A stretch of 64,000 nt of DNA from Mesotaenium endlicherianum (lineage: Eukaryota), in contig WELA01000694.1 of the NCBI GenBank assembly GCA_009602735.1, positions 456,986 to 520,985 of the forward strand, in the 5' to 3' direction. The position numbers and the translations under genes are program-made. This document shows positions 51,057-62,610 of the stretch, in pieces; positions within the stretch are counted from its first letter, which is position 1; each line of letters starts with the position of its first letter. The notes under the pieces were generated by a model. It ran no database searches, was not told the DNA's origin, and was given only the letters and a program-made list of their open reading frames with translations.

Positions 51057-54000
51057 TGTAAGGGAAACTGAAGACAAGCTATCCTTTCGAAAATTTCTGC
51101 TAAGTGTTGAATGAGGAACTGGTTGAACATGGGAAACACTGAGTGTGGGATGCCTCACCGCATGATGCAAGTGCAGGAAGACCAAGAATGGGTCAAACCC
51201 CAACCAGTCTGTCACCGACACACGTGCAAGGGAGGATCAACCCGGTCGATCCCAACGTGCAACAACGCATCGACACGTTAACCAAGTCGAAGGCAGACGT
51301 GCTGAGAAGCCACGCACGCGCAAGGGCTCCGACGCTGTTAGGCACGACAGCTGTCGCGACTGCTATCCACTTGACGGTGCCACACGCGCAGCGCAAATCA
51401 TGGCCGCCCAAGTACGGGAAGTCAGCATTGACTCACCAACCAGAGAACCGAGTCAGCGGTCATGTTGAAGTCGTTATCACTGTCAAAGTGGACACGACAC
51501 GTCAAACCCACATCTAAGATTGGATGGGGATTTGGACAGAGTAGTCAGCCGAAAGGCTAGGGGCATGGGATCAGCAATAAGCCAGCCCAGCGAGTGCCAA
51601 GAAAGGTACTGATCAATCGGCTATCCAAGCCAAGTACAGTAGGGATGTTGCAAAGGGCGTTGTGTGCCGCCTCGGCCAGACCCTTAGGTAACTAGTCACG
51701 GCTTGAGCGTTCATCCTAAACGCTGCCAGCCAGCCACATAGGCGTGATTATCAGCTGAAAGGCTAAGCGGTTACAGGCGACAATCCCAATGCATGCATGC
51801 ATGCTCAATGACAACTTCTAAGCTGTGTGAGAGCTGCTGGGTAAGGACGGCATGCAAGCTAAGCGCTGTGACTAAGCACTGGCATTCTTGAGAGAGGACA
51901 GCGTGTGGTGCCTGTGAAAGGCACGAGTCCTGCCTGAAGCAGCCTCGTTCTTGCTCGCATCATTGTCAAAGGAAGCTGAAGAAGCAGAAGGAGCGCAAAG
52001 AAGAAGGAGTTCACAAGTCCAAGAAGAGCCGGGGCGCCACGCTTCTACCGACGCCGGAAGATTTCTTCCTAAGTGTATCATAGAAAGGTGAGACCTCAGG
52101 AGTTCTCAAGAGAGGATCTCGCTGTTAAAAAGTAGAGAGCTGCAGAATAGAATCCGTTAGGCTATTAGCACAGATTTGGGTCAAAACGCCGCAAGCGTGC
52201 GAGGATCACTTAAAATGGTGAGTGCTGTGTTAGTTTCAAAGTTCTCAGAAGTCTCAATGGTCGAATTGCTGATAGCAAGAGTAGTATTAACAAGTAAAGC
52301 TCTCAGTGAAGAACTGAGTGAGCCCAGCCAAGCAGTGAAGAGCTGTTAAGGCGCAGTGTCGAGCGAAGAGCTCAGACCAGGCCAGCATACATGTGCAGTT
52401 CAAAGTTTTGTAAGCTGTGACTTGTGGAAGTTAAGCGGAAGCCTTGAAGAGCGATTTTCTTTGAACCTGGCATTGCCTGTTAAGCTGCTTAGACGTGAAT
52501 TCTGCAAACTACAAACTTGTTCATTCTGTAAACCCTCAACTTGGGCAAAAGCCTGTGTGGAAGTAAGACGCTTCTGTCCTTGTAAGGGAAACTGAAGAGA
52601 AGCTATCTTTTCGAAAATTTCTGCTAAGTGTTGAATGAGGAACTGGTTGAACATGAGAAGCACTGAGTGTGGGATGCCTCACCGCATGATGCAAGTGCAG
52701 GAAGACCAGGAATGGGCCAAATCCCAACCAGTCTGTCACCGACACACGTGCAAGGGACGATCAACCCGATCCCCACGTGCAGCGACGCACCGACACGTCA
52801 ACCAAGTCGAAGGCACACGTGCTGAGAAGCCACGCACGTGCCAGGGGTCTGACGCTCTTAGGCACGACACAAACCGATTGTTAAAGTTGGTATAGCGGCG
52901 CAAATTGATGGTAAAAATGCGTTTATCCAATTTGTAATAAACAAAGCTTGAAGTTCTAGTTTTGTAATTTGCCCAATAACTAGCGATAACGCGTGTGAGC
53001 AGATGCGGAGGCATTTTTGATTTCTTTCATCGAGGGTGGTAGCCAATGTGTCTATTTCGACACTTTTGACGGGTAAAAATGACATTTTATTGTAAGCTTA
53101 GTTTTCATGAGGGCAAGCAAAAACGCTACCAACGATTTCAATTTTGACTGTGACGCGCTCGTCACGTGAACGAACGAAGTCAATTGCATATTGTTACTAA
53201 TGTACTATATGTCAAGTATCAGGCACTAACCAATGTAGTGTTGAATGTGCATTGTTTGCATGAATAGCACACTTAGAAATGATCATACTCTGAAAAAGCC
53301 AAGGCGATTTTCGGCTCCGGTAATCGTCTTCCGAAATGTATCACTTTTGTAAAAGGTATTTCGGAAAATAAATTTCAAACTGGTACCACTTATGAATTCA
53401 ATACTGAAACGCATCACGGTTAACTTCAGTCCGGGTCCAACTTCAATAAAGTTTCAATATTATTGTGGGGATGAGGCGATCTCATTATTTGAAATTATTT
53501 GACTGACCAGATCATTCACTCAAATAAGACGCGTTTCGGGTTGAGCCTGGACGCGCTTCGGGTTGTGCCCACCCGCTTGCAAATTTGCGCTTGCACTTTT
53601 GGGGCGTACGAGGGCGGGTTTGTGCATTGTATGATTTTGATAATGAACACCGGTCCATTTGCTTGAGCCTATCTATGCACTATCGCGTGGCACAGTTGTC
53701 CAAGCATGTCCACTACCTCCGCATCCTACTTGACTGTACAACCAACTTGCTCACATACGGAGCAAGTGCCTATCTTCGCCCTTTCATCTCATTCGTGTGA
53801 GGGAGATGCTGAAGACAGGTTGGTGGACGCGCATACATGAAAAATTGGCGGAGGTTCGGGTAGTCGTGGGAGGTCCTTCGCTTTTAAACGTGATTTGATT
53901 TGGGTTAAAAACCAGCACCTTATTGGTGCAGCATCTAGGACACCGACAATTATTATTTTGTTCATTGATTAAAAAACTGCCCGGAAATATTTTCTTGTTG

Positions 54001-55140
54001 AACCCTTGGTTCATGTGTAAACAAATTTGAAACTTAAGGAAATTGTGAATCAGCAATGTAAAAAATTGAAAACGTTTCTGCACGGAAGACATTTTCAGAA
54101 CCGTGCTTCAGCAATTTGTGTTTTCCAGTATGGCAAGGAATTTGGGATGAGGAAACACAAATTTCTTGTCGATGTGGGGGGAAGCGGAGGAAGCCATCTG
54201 AAATGTGACTCAGACGAGCCTCCGAAGCGCTCAGAAATTACTGGAGCCTCAAATTCAGTACAACTAGCAGTGAACGCCCAGAAAAGTGGGCGTCACTATC
54301 ATTTCCGCGTCATTATTCTTCCGTTCGGCCCCTGCACTGTAAGAATACAACGACCCCAAAATGGGCAAAATGGGGCATGGCATTTTCCCCACTTGGGCAA
54401 GAAAAGTGGCGCTTGCCATTTTGTTCAATAAATGGCGGAAAATATGTACAAAATGGTGGCATTTTGGCCACTTCAAGCCATTTTACGACCAAAATGATTT
54501 GTGTCCATTTGCTGTACAAATGGCAGCATTGTACTAATAATGGCAGCATGCAATTTAATGACTACACATGGTCATGGTCCAGCCGAACATGAATATTTTA
54601 TAAATAAAAATGCGTCAAGTCTTACAAAGTGGCACTTTCATAGGCTGGAAAATGCCTCCAGTCTATACGAACAATAACTGCCAGGCATAACTGTTGCTCA
54701 TTCTTCGGAACTGCACAACACTACTCTAAGATTGAGCCACCTACATACAACTAAATCCTGACTACTAACCTTAAAATTAAAGGTCTCTCTAACCATCCTA
54801 CAGGCTGCATACTTCTAAGCTACCAGCACATAATTTAGGACATAATATAGGAGCTCGCACCACACATAGACACACACAAACAGTACACACAAGCACTCAC
54901 AGGCACACACTTGCAAATGCGTGCACGAAAAAAGAAAGAAGGTGCGCTCATATACACGCGCTAAGAGGCACAAAAGCATCTAGAGAGGGAGGCATAGAGA
55001 CAAAACAGACACACATGGGTACGCGTGAGCGCAACAGAATAATGTGGGGGCTTGTGGAGGGAAAACAAGATGGGGTGGCTGGAAAGGCTGAGGTATGGGG
55101 GAGGAGGAGGGGAGCATGTTGATATTTATCTCTCGACCTG

Positions 55141-57626
55141 CTATTTTAGGAACCTGCTTGGGTTCAAGAACCTCTGCCAGACTCCTGCATGAGACTCAAT
55201 GGAGGGGGGCAATCGGGCAAGGCGGGACCAAGTTAACAACGCAGCTGAAAGATGAACAGTAGCTTGATATTTACTTAACTTTTTTTGCGTGCCTCCCCAC
55301 CGCTCCTCCTCCCTCCTCCCAAAAAACGGCATGCTGGAAGGCCAGAGATAGGTTTGGACAGCTGTTTTTGGGTTGGTGGCGTGCGAGGGAGCCAGCGGGG
55401 AGGGAGGAGAGAAGGAAGGGAGCGTCGGTGGGGCAAGGGGGGAAAGGGGGCGGGGAAGAGAGGAGGATGGGACAAGAGCGAGCAGGGAGAACGAACGAAC
55501 AAGCAAACATACCAAACGCTCTCACACACACATGCACGCATGCACGCATGCACACACTCACACACACACGCATGCGCACACGGCACAGACACGCACGCAC
55601 AGGCAACTTTGTAGCGCAGGGAGTGGAAGTAGCCCTGGAGCCAGTGCTTGCTCACCGCGTACACGACTTGCGCCGGTAACGGCTTTTTTCCAGCCGCGCT
55701 GCTCACCTGCCCCCCCCCACCCCCACCCCCCCCATCTCTCGCACCCACCCAGCCACCCAACCAGCATGCAAGCACGCAAGCAGCCCTGCGCATGAGCAGA
55801 GGTGGGTTGCTCTCCAATTCTCTCTCGCCTTCAATCTCACCCTCTCCCTCTCCCTCTCCCTCTCCCTCCCCCTCCTTCCCATCTCCAGCACCCAGGCCTG
55901 CTTCCAATCCGCCGTCCCTTCTCTTGGTCTCTTCCTCCTTTCATTGTAGCTGGATAAGCAGGCAGGCATGACCCCTTAGGAAAGGGAGCTCTGTGATGTT
56001 ATGAAAATAGGAGGAAGGCAAGCAGGCAGGCGAGCAGCAGGCAGGTAGGCGGGGATGGTGAGGGGCATGAAGCGGAGGGTGCCAAGAGGGCCTCGAAGGG
56101 TCCAGACTACAAGAGGCACAGCAGCACAAAGAGCATGAGGAGGAGGAGGAGGAGGAGGAAGAGGAAGAAGAGGAGCAGGCACGGGGGATGACAACTAGCA
56201 GGAGGAAGAGGAGAAGGCCGTGGGGATGAGAGGGGCGGNACCAGCAGCCTGCCTGCCACACACAGAAACCCCCCATTTCATGTAACTTATTTGCTAAAAA
56301 TCAGTTGCCATTTACACACTAGAAGGTGTATCATCCTCTCATCAAGAAGCAACTGTGTGAAAGGGGAGGAAACGAAAGGGAAAGGTGCATGAGATTATTT
56401 TCTCAGTCTTGCTCTCACTCATCATGCCATCCTCCTCCTCCCTGCCCACTCGCCTGCAGTCTCCCACTCTCCTCAAGTGCGCAATACACCAATTTTCCAT
56501 GACCATACTCTGGTATGTCTCAACTATCCGCATCAGTTGCCGGCACACACATCCCCACACCACCACCTCTGGCACAGGGACTAGCATATGAAAGGGTTTG
56601 GAGCGTTCTTTGAGGCTGACTTCGCAAACACTTGGAGATTTTTGTGTAGCACAAGCATGCACTCTGAAGAAAACATAACGTTGACGTCCTGCTACCTAAT
56701 CTGGGGGCTCCTCCATCCTTGCCTCTCCCCCTTCAACTAGCCCTTCTTGATTGCACGACATTAACTTAGCAGCGGAATAAGAAGGCTCCAAAGAAACAGA
56801 CATGCAGGTAGATTGAAGGGGAACGGAAGCTTTTGGGGGTGGAGGAAGAGAGGGCTTACAATTCCAGTTGCTGAAAAAGATGCACCCTCACTTTGCAACT
56901 GCAAACCTGTTATCCCTCCCTTCAACTATTGTACATGGCAAGTACAAGGTTAGGTACAAGGACTGAAGCGGGTCTGTTTCTTGCTACAGAAGAAATAACA
57001 CGAAAATGTTAAGTAAATGTCAAGTCATTCCTCAACTCTCTAGCCAAATGACAGGATCATAATAAGGGGGTAGTTGCAAGAGGGTGAAGGAGAAGGGACC
57101 CATGACAACCTCCTTGCTTTTCCGCTCCATACCCTCAGCCTTCCCCTGTTTACCCCCCTCCCTGCCCCTCCTTATGCCCCTTTGCCCTCCTTCTCTCAAG
57201 AGCAAACAAGACCACTGGATGTGACAAAATCCAATCACACTGGCACTCACTCACACCCACAAACTCTAGCACCGGGACAAAGGTAAAGGACACATCGAAA
57301 ACATTTTGCAATGCAGAATTTTTCTCACGCCCTTTTTTCTCACGCCTGCAGGTCTTTGTTTCGAAGTAAGGTGCACCTTTAAGCCAACAATTCCATTGGA
57401 CGCTGCTGTCTACCTCCTTCATCGTCACCTTCCCCCTTCAATTAGCTCTTCTCACTGGCACGTCAATCCAACTTGAAAAAAAATTATTGAAGAAGAATAG
57501 CTACAAGAGAAAGACGTGAAAACAAAGGCAAAAGAAGCTAGGAGGGGAAAAAGTGGGGGGCTCGCAAAGCTAGTTGCTGACATCGCTGCACCTTCGCTTT
57601 GCAGATACAACTCTGCAAACTTCCAT
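55141..57626 (-). CDS. Possible small multi-exon gene of unknown function, divergent from RPAIN
   Basis: Candidate exons 57626-57582, 57428-57377, ~56568-56455 and ~55706-55608. The first three are phase-compatible. Introns are microsatellite-rich like those of neighbouring genes. No family recognised. Confidence 0.35.
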
Positions 57627-58475
57627 TGTACTGTCCGTGCTATCTAGGTATACGAGCACAAAAAGAAGAAGAGATGAAATAATCTTTAACTTGTGTAAGA
57701 GAGAGCAATTGTGAAAGGGGGATGCGGCAAGTTTTGTCTGTCGAACCCACTTCAAGCCCTCGCGCCCGTGCTCGTTCACGAAAGATAACGAGTGTGGTGG
57801 CTTGTACGTTCCTTGGCGTACACGTCAGTGCGGAGCACCCTGAATGGCGGGTGGATGGCCTGGGCGCCAGTTTTACAGAAAATGTTTCTAGAATGTTTTT
57901 ACCTGGTAAATGATTCGCTCCATATTTCACCGAAAATTAGAAAGCGCCCAGGTAGATTGACTACTTTCATAAATTTTGTTCGACCATTTGGATTGCCATT
58001 GCCCGGCATTGCTCATTTGTACGCCACGAGCAGCCACTTGGGTTGACCATTTTGGAATAATGTTTGCCACGAGCCTGCCACGAGCTCGGTCGGATGGCGC
58101 GTGAGAGATTGCCGGAGCCAGTTCTTTGCCACGCCCATTTTGGCCGGCCATTTTCGCGTTAGACTTTTACAAGTGTGGGCTTTTTTAGAGTGCAGGGACA
58201 ACGACGAAAAGCTGCAATTAGCATGGTACATGACTGCATGTGAGACCCTTTTTAAGGCGCTTACTAGCACAAACTTCTTCCTGAGAGTGCGCTTCAAGAA
58301 TCTTTTCATCTTTGTGCTGCAGGTAGTCGCCTATTATGTAAAACACAAGTGTGGCTTCTTAGAGCATGACATTCCCGTGGTTGAGCTTATTTTATTGTTG
58401 TGGTAATATAAGGTCAGTTTCATACTTCTAAGTAGAAACCTACCTTCAAATCTGACGCAGCTAAAGCATCTCAAA

Positions 58476-59439
58476 ATGATGACGAGGAAAAATTTCCGCC
58501 ATCCTTTCAGTACGAATGGAGCTGTCTTGGAGGTTCCGTCTTCTCCTTGGAAAGAAAAGGTCCCCGGAGAGTCCCTACCTTTCTCCATTGATATCTGCAC
58601 CGTCAGATAAAGTCCTAATCCTCGCGTTCTTTTGTTTGAGCTTCCAGTCGTGGAGCTCACGACTTATGAATTTACACGTCGTGGGCATCTTTCTCAATTC
58701 TATTTTTTTTGAGTCTTCTCTTAGCTTAATGAAAGGTGGAAACTTCTTGCAGCGCATGCTGCATCTCCCCAAGGTTTATTATTCTTGCGCAACTTTAAGT
58801 TGCACCTTCATCCAGGTGGTCAAAGTGTCGAACTTGGCAGACTCAATGCAGACATGCTACAACATATGAAGATGTGGAACGTTGTTTTTCTGGTGACACC
58901 TTCCTGACTCCAATCTCTCCCTTGATTTTCTCTGTGGACACCTGGAAACTTGGGATGAGAGAACAGCTGAGGCAGGGCTGCATGCAACGAGTACAAAGAG
59001 AGCGAGGCAAGCTCTTGTGGAGCTTGCGCTCTGCTGCTGCATCACCCTCGACAACGCCTGACTCGCAGGATATCAAGAGCTGCCAGGTAACTCGGCCTTG
59101 GAGGTCACCTGTATCACGAGTTGAGTGCACGAAGCTGCGACAGTCAGCAACCAATGAGTACTACTATGGTGACGGTGCAGTGGTGCACACTCTCCACGTA
59201 CCCTGAACTGAAGAGCCCTCACTTACCATGCCAGGACATTCTTACATGCCCGCCATGTGCCGGCCCATGGGCTTCTGCTGAGGACGAGAGGTGTGTCTGG
59301 TTGTGGTGCTGAGGTTTGAAAAGCCAGTCAGCTGACGCGCTCCAGGCAGGCCTTCGAATTGACGAAGCGTGCAGGATTGAGAACTCACGCACACATGCAT
59401 GTACATGCACACACGCGCGCGCGCGCGCGCGCACACACA

Positions 59440-59482
<43 letters not shown>

Positions 59483-62400
59483 ATAGGGTGAGGGATGGTG
59501 GTCGTCCCTTGCCAGGAACAATGCTTGTTGACTTCAGTCTGATGCTTGTTCTAGAAACAGGCCGCAATGACATCACAAGCAAGGGTCAGCTCTCCTCTGG
59601 TCTCTTTGGGGTTCCTGCATGGTGTGCCAGTCAGGCTTCCCTCTCTCAGCGCTTGCTCCCCCGTGGTGCCACGTGGCACAGGGAGTGGCAGTAACAGATG
59701 CACTACGCCGTATCTTGTCGGACGAGCTCCACGACCTCCAAGTGGCGAGCACAGCTTCCGCGTCAGAAAAGGGCTGCTTCTCGTTCTCCAGCGGCGGCGC
59801 CGCTGTGACAGCACAGCAGTCACCGCCGAGCTCCAGCGGCGCGCCAGATGTCCACATGAGAAGCAGTGAGGCTGAGGAGCCGCAGTCAGCAACAAGCTCT
59901 CAGGACAGACTCTGGGACTGGCCCACACCTGGTGGCGCAGCGGGACAAGGACACGTGGCGGCGTGGGAAGGGCTCTCCCCCAACGAGTACCGCGAGCTGC
60001 TGCTGGAGATGGAGCAGGCCTTGCATTCCGAGATAGAGACTGAGAAACGACGGCAAGGTGAGAGTACGCCCTGGCACCTCTGACCATGGAGGAGGAGGCG
60101 GGGTGGGAGGATGGGGAGTCGGAGGGAGGGGGGAGGGGGAGTGGGAGTGGGAGTGGGAGGAGGAGGGGAAAGAGGAGGAGGTGGGGCAGGAGGAGCTGGA
60201 GAAGCTGGGGTCGTGTGAGTCTTGAAGGACGCACATGCATGCATGCGTATGCATACGGTTCGTCCAATGTGTTGAGTGCGCGTGAGTCAGCACAGGCTCT
60301 GCCCCAGACAGACTCGCCCAGCAAGCTTGCAGGAGGTGTTGAGCCAGTCCTCAGCTGGCTGCAATCTCGTGGCGTAGCTGCTGGCCTCTTGCCGCGTGCC
60401 GTGTGCAGCTGTCGGAGGTTCCTTTGCTCGCTGCCGTGCCGTCACGACCCGCAGCAACGCCCCCAACATAGAAAGAAAGGAGATGGACATGCGCAGGCCT
60501 CCCTGTGCGTCAAAGAAAACCTTGTTGGCAACCAACTACCAGAAGCATCAGGGGTCTCATACGACCACGACTCTTCCTCTTCCAGCTCTCTGCGGAGGCG
60601 GAACTCCACCTTTGCGAGCTTGACGTTTGTGCCTTCCTGGGGCATCCTTCACAATGCGCTCTCTTTCTGAATGCTGTGTTGGGGTATGTGCGGCGGCGGC
60701 CGCGGCGGCGGGCGATGACGGTTTGGGGGGGGGGCGGGGGGCAACCGCTCGTGACAGAGGCTGCACTCCTGGAGCAGGCCGAGGAGGCGTTGCGGTTCGA
60801 CGAGGCGGCATCCCTGGCTGCCGCAGACCACTACGCTTCCCATGCGGTGAGCTTTCACCCAGCCAGCCAGCCAGCCAGCCAGCCTGCCAGCCAACCAGCC
60901 AGCCAGCCTGCCAGCCAGCCAGCCAGCAATTGGCCAAACTGCCCTGGGATCTAGCAGCAGTAGCAGCAGTAGCAGTAGCAATAGCTCCGCAGCACTCCCT
61001 TGCTTGCCCCCCTCCCCCACCTCTCGCCTCGGCCTCCCACACCCATGCATGGCCCGCCTGGTGGCCTGGCGGGCGGCGCATAAGCCCTCGAGCATTCGGA
61101 TCGGAGGCTCTCCTGTCGGTCAGTAGTCAATTGGGGGCTGCTTCTTGCAGGGATAGGCTCGTGGCGCATGACACGTGGCAAGCAATTGTCGTGCCGCCCG
61201 CCGTCTCAAGCAGACAGAGGACACCTGGCCCTGGCCAAAGTGTGTAACTCTGTGGGCTCGGATCACTTCACCCCCCCTTCGGGGAGGGACCTCATGGGTG
61301 TCGTCAGTGCCAGCGCCGCTACGTTCCCGTCAGCGTGCAGTTCGCAAGCAAGGGCAGGGCAGGGTGTGCCCATATACTTTTCTTTGCTTTCTTAGCTGGG
61401 AGCCCTCTGTCTTGAGCCTAGGGATCCTCCCTCCTCGAAACTCCGGTGCTTTCTCCCCCGCAAACGCCTCTAGCCTTTGAAGCGCGCGCACACGCGCTGC
61501 AGGCTTAGCAAAGGTAAGCTTGGGGCTGCTGGCAGTTCTGCACCTCTCTCAGCTCATCTCCGCTGCACCTGTGACGCGCCAAATCTAATGCGGCACCAGC
61601 TTGGCTTCCTGGCGGGCTTGCCTGAAGGCCATCCGCAAGGTTCCCAGGAAACACATTGTTGTTTATATTTATTGATTCATCAGAGCTTGAGAAGGCCGGC
61701 TGTTGCCAGATGTACGACTCTGAACGTGAAACCTAGAACCTCCCAAACCCTGACCCTGACCCTGACCCAGAACCCTAGACCCCCTTTTTTTTATTTTTTT
61801 CCCTCTGTCATGAAGAAGGGTCGTTTCCCTACTCTGTCAAGATTCTCGCGCCTTACATCTCAAACCATCCCTTTCCCACTTTACCTCTCTTTCCCGAGGG
61901 GCCCTGTTTGCGTGTGCAGGTGGTGTGCCCAATCTGCAAAGTGAAGCCTCTGCATCAGCACAGGGAGGTGATCTTCTGCAGCTGTGGTCTCTTCCGACTC
62001 AACACTCAATACGACCAGGTCTTCACCCTACCATTCCCCTTCCCCCTCCGGCTCAGTCCCCAAACCCGATCAGACCCCTCAGCCCCCCTCTAGCCCCCTG
62101 AACCCCCTTCAGCCCCCTAGCCCCAGCGATGATATATGCTTCTGTATGTGTGCATTGCTGCTGGCAGCACACTCGTGCACCTTAGTTGATCACTTTCTTA
62201 AATATTTTTTTTGCCTCCGTTATTGTGTTAGCACATGGAAAGAGGAGGAAGAGAATGAGACGGAAGGTCTGCAGAAGCAAAGTACTCTCACCCGTGCTAA
62301 GTCGAATGTAGGAAGTTTTTCTCTTCACTGATTGGTCAAAGCAGAGTTTCACTCACGGGAATTTCGCCTGTGCAATGTTCTGGTAATGATTGTCATCGTC

Positions 62401-62610
62401 GCTGACCGTTACTTTGTGACTGTTGTCTACCATGGGCTCCCTGTTCAGGTGAACTTGGAATTTTTGGGGGCGCGGCTTCAAGAATCGTTGCAAGAGCACA
62501 CGGATCTAGATTGTGCTCAAGCGCCTTACTTTACCATAGAAGAACATTTTGGTGTAACTGCGCTCTACATGCGGTGTTTATCATGTGAGTCCTTTAAGCT
62601 TGTTGTATAA
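58476..62610 (+). CDS. RPAIN: RPA-interacting protein (RIP/RPAIN), 6 exons
   Basis: Exons 58476-58559, 58967-59086, 59682-60057, 60758-60846, 61920-62018, 62449-62610. SPWKEK|LRQGCMQRVQRERGKLLW, EYRELLLEMEQAL and a C-terminal Zn domain CPIC...CSCG...EH...C...CLSC. Confidence 0.88.
59385..59484. repeat. (GC)n/(CA)n compound microsatellite (intronic)
   Basis: cgcgcgcgcgcgcgcgc followed by (ca)n. Confidence 0.9.
60858..60927. repeat. (CCAG)n microsatellite (intronic)
   Basis: Direct tandem array. Confidence 0.9.

Larger units (their letters stand above)
32617..52869 (+). mobile_element. Ty3/Gypsy-type retrotransposon with split/permuted LTRs (A1-internal-B1-GC-A2-B2), DNA methyltransferase and PHD finger
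   Basis: Ends TGTCG...CGACA with 4-bp TSD CAAA (32613-32616, 52870-52873). A1 32617-35180, B1 51057-51349, A2 51352-52580, B2 52581-52869. Domain order gag-PR-DNMT-RT-RH-IN-PHD. Confidence 0.92.
31906..52929. mobile_element. Second MITE family (~120-bp TIRs) inserted in the right TIR of copy 2; its own right TIR is split by the Gypsy element
   Basis: 31906-32025 is the inverted complement of 32549-32616 joined to 52874-52929. Possible degenerate 9-bp TSD (atgtgtagt/atttgtaat). Confidence 0.75.
31031..52974. mobile_element. Mutator-like MITE (copy 2), split by nested insertions
   Basis: ggacaaattacaaaactag...ctagttttgtaatttgccc, with 9-bp TSD AATAACTAG at 31022-31030 and 52975-52983. Confidence 0.85.

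Noticed and set aside
32617..52869. DIRS/Ngaro classification because of split direct repeats and a methyltransferase
   Set aside because: It has an aspartic protease, DDE integrase, PPT and TSD, no visible tyrosine recombinase, and the methylase is C5-cytosine type.
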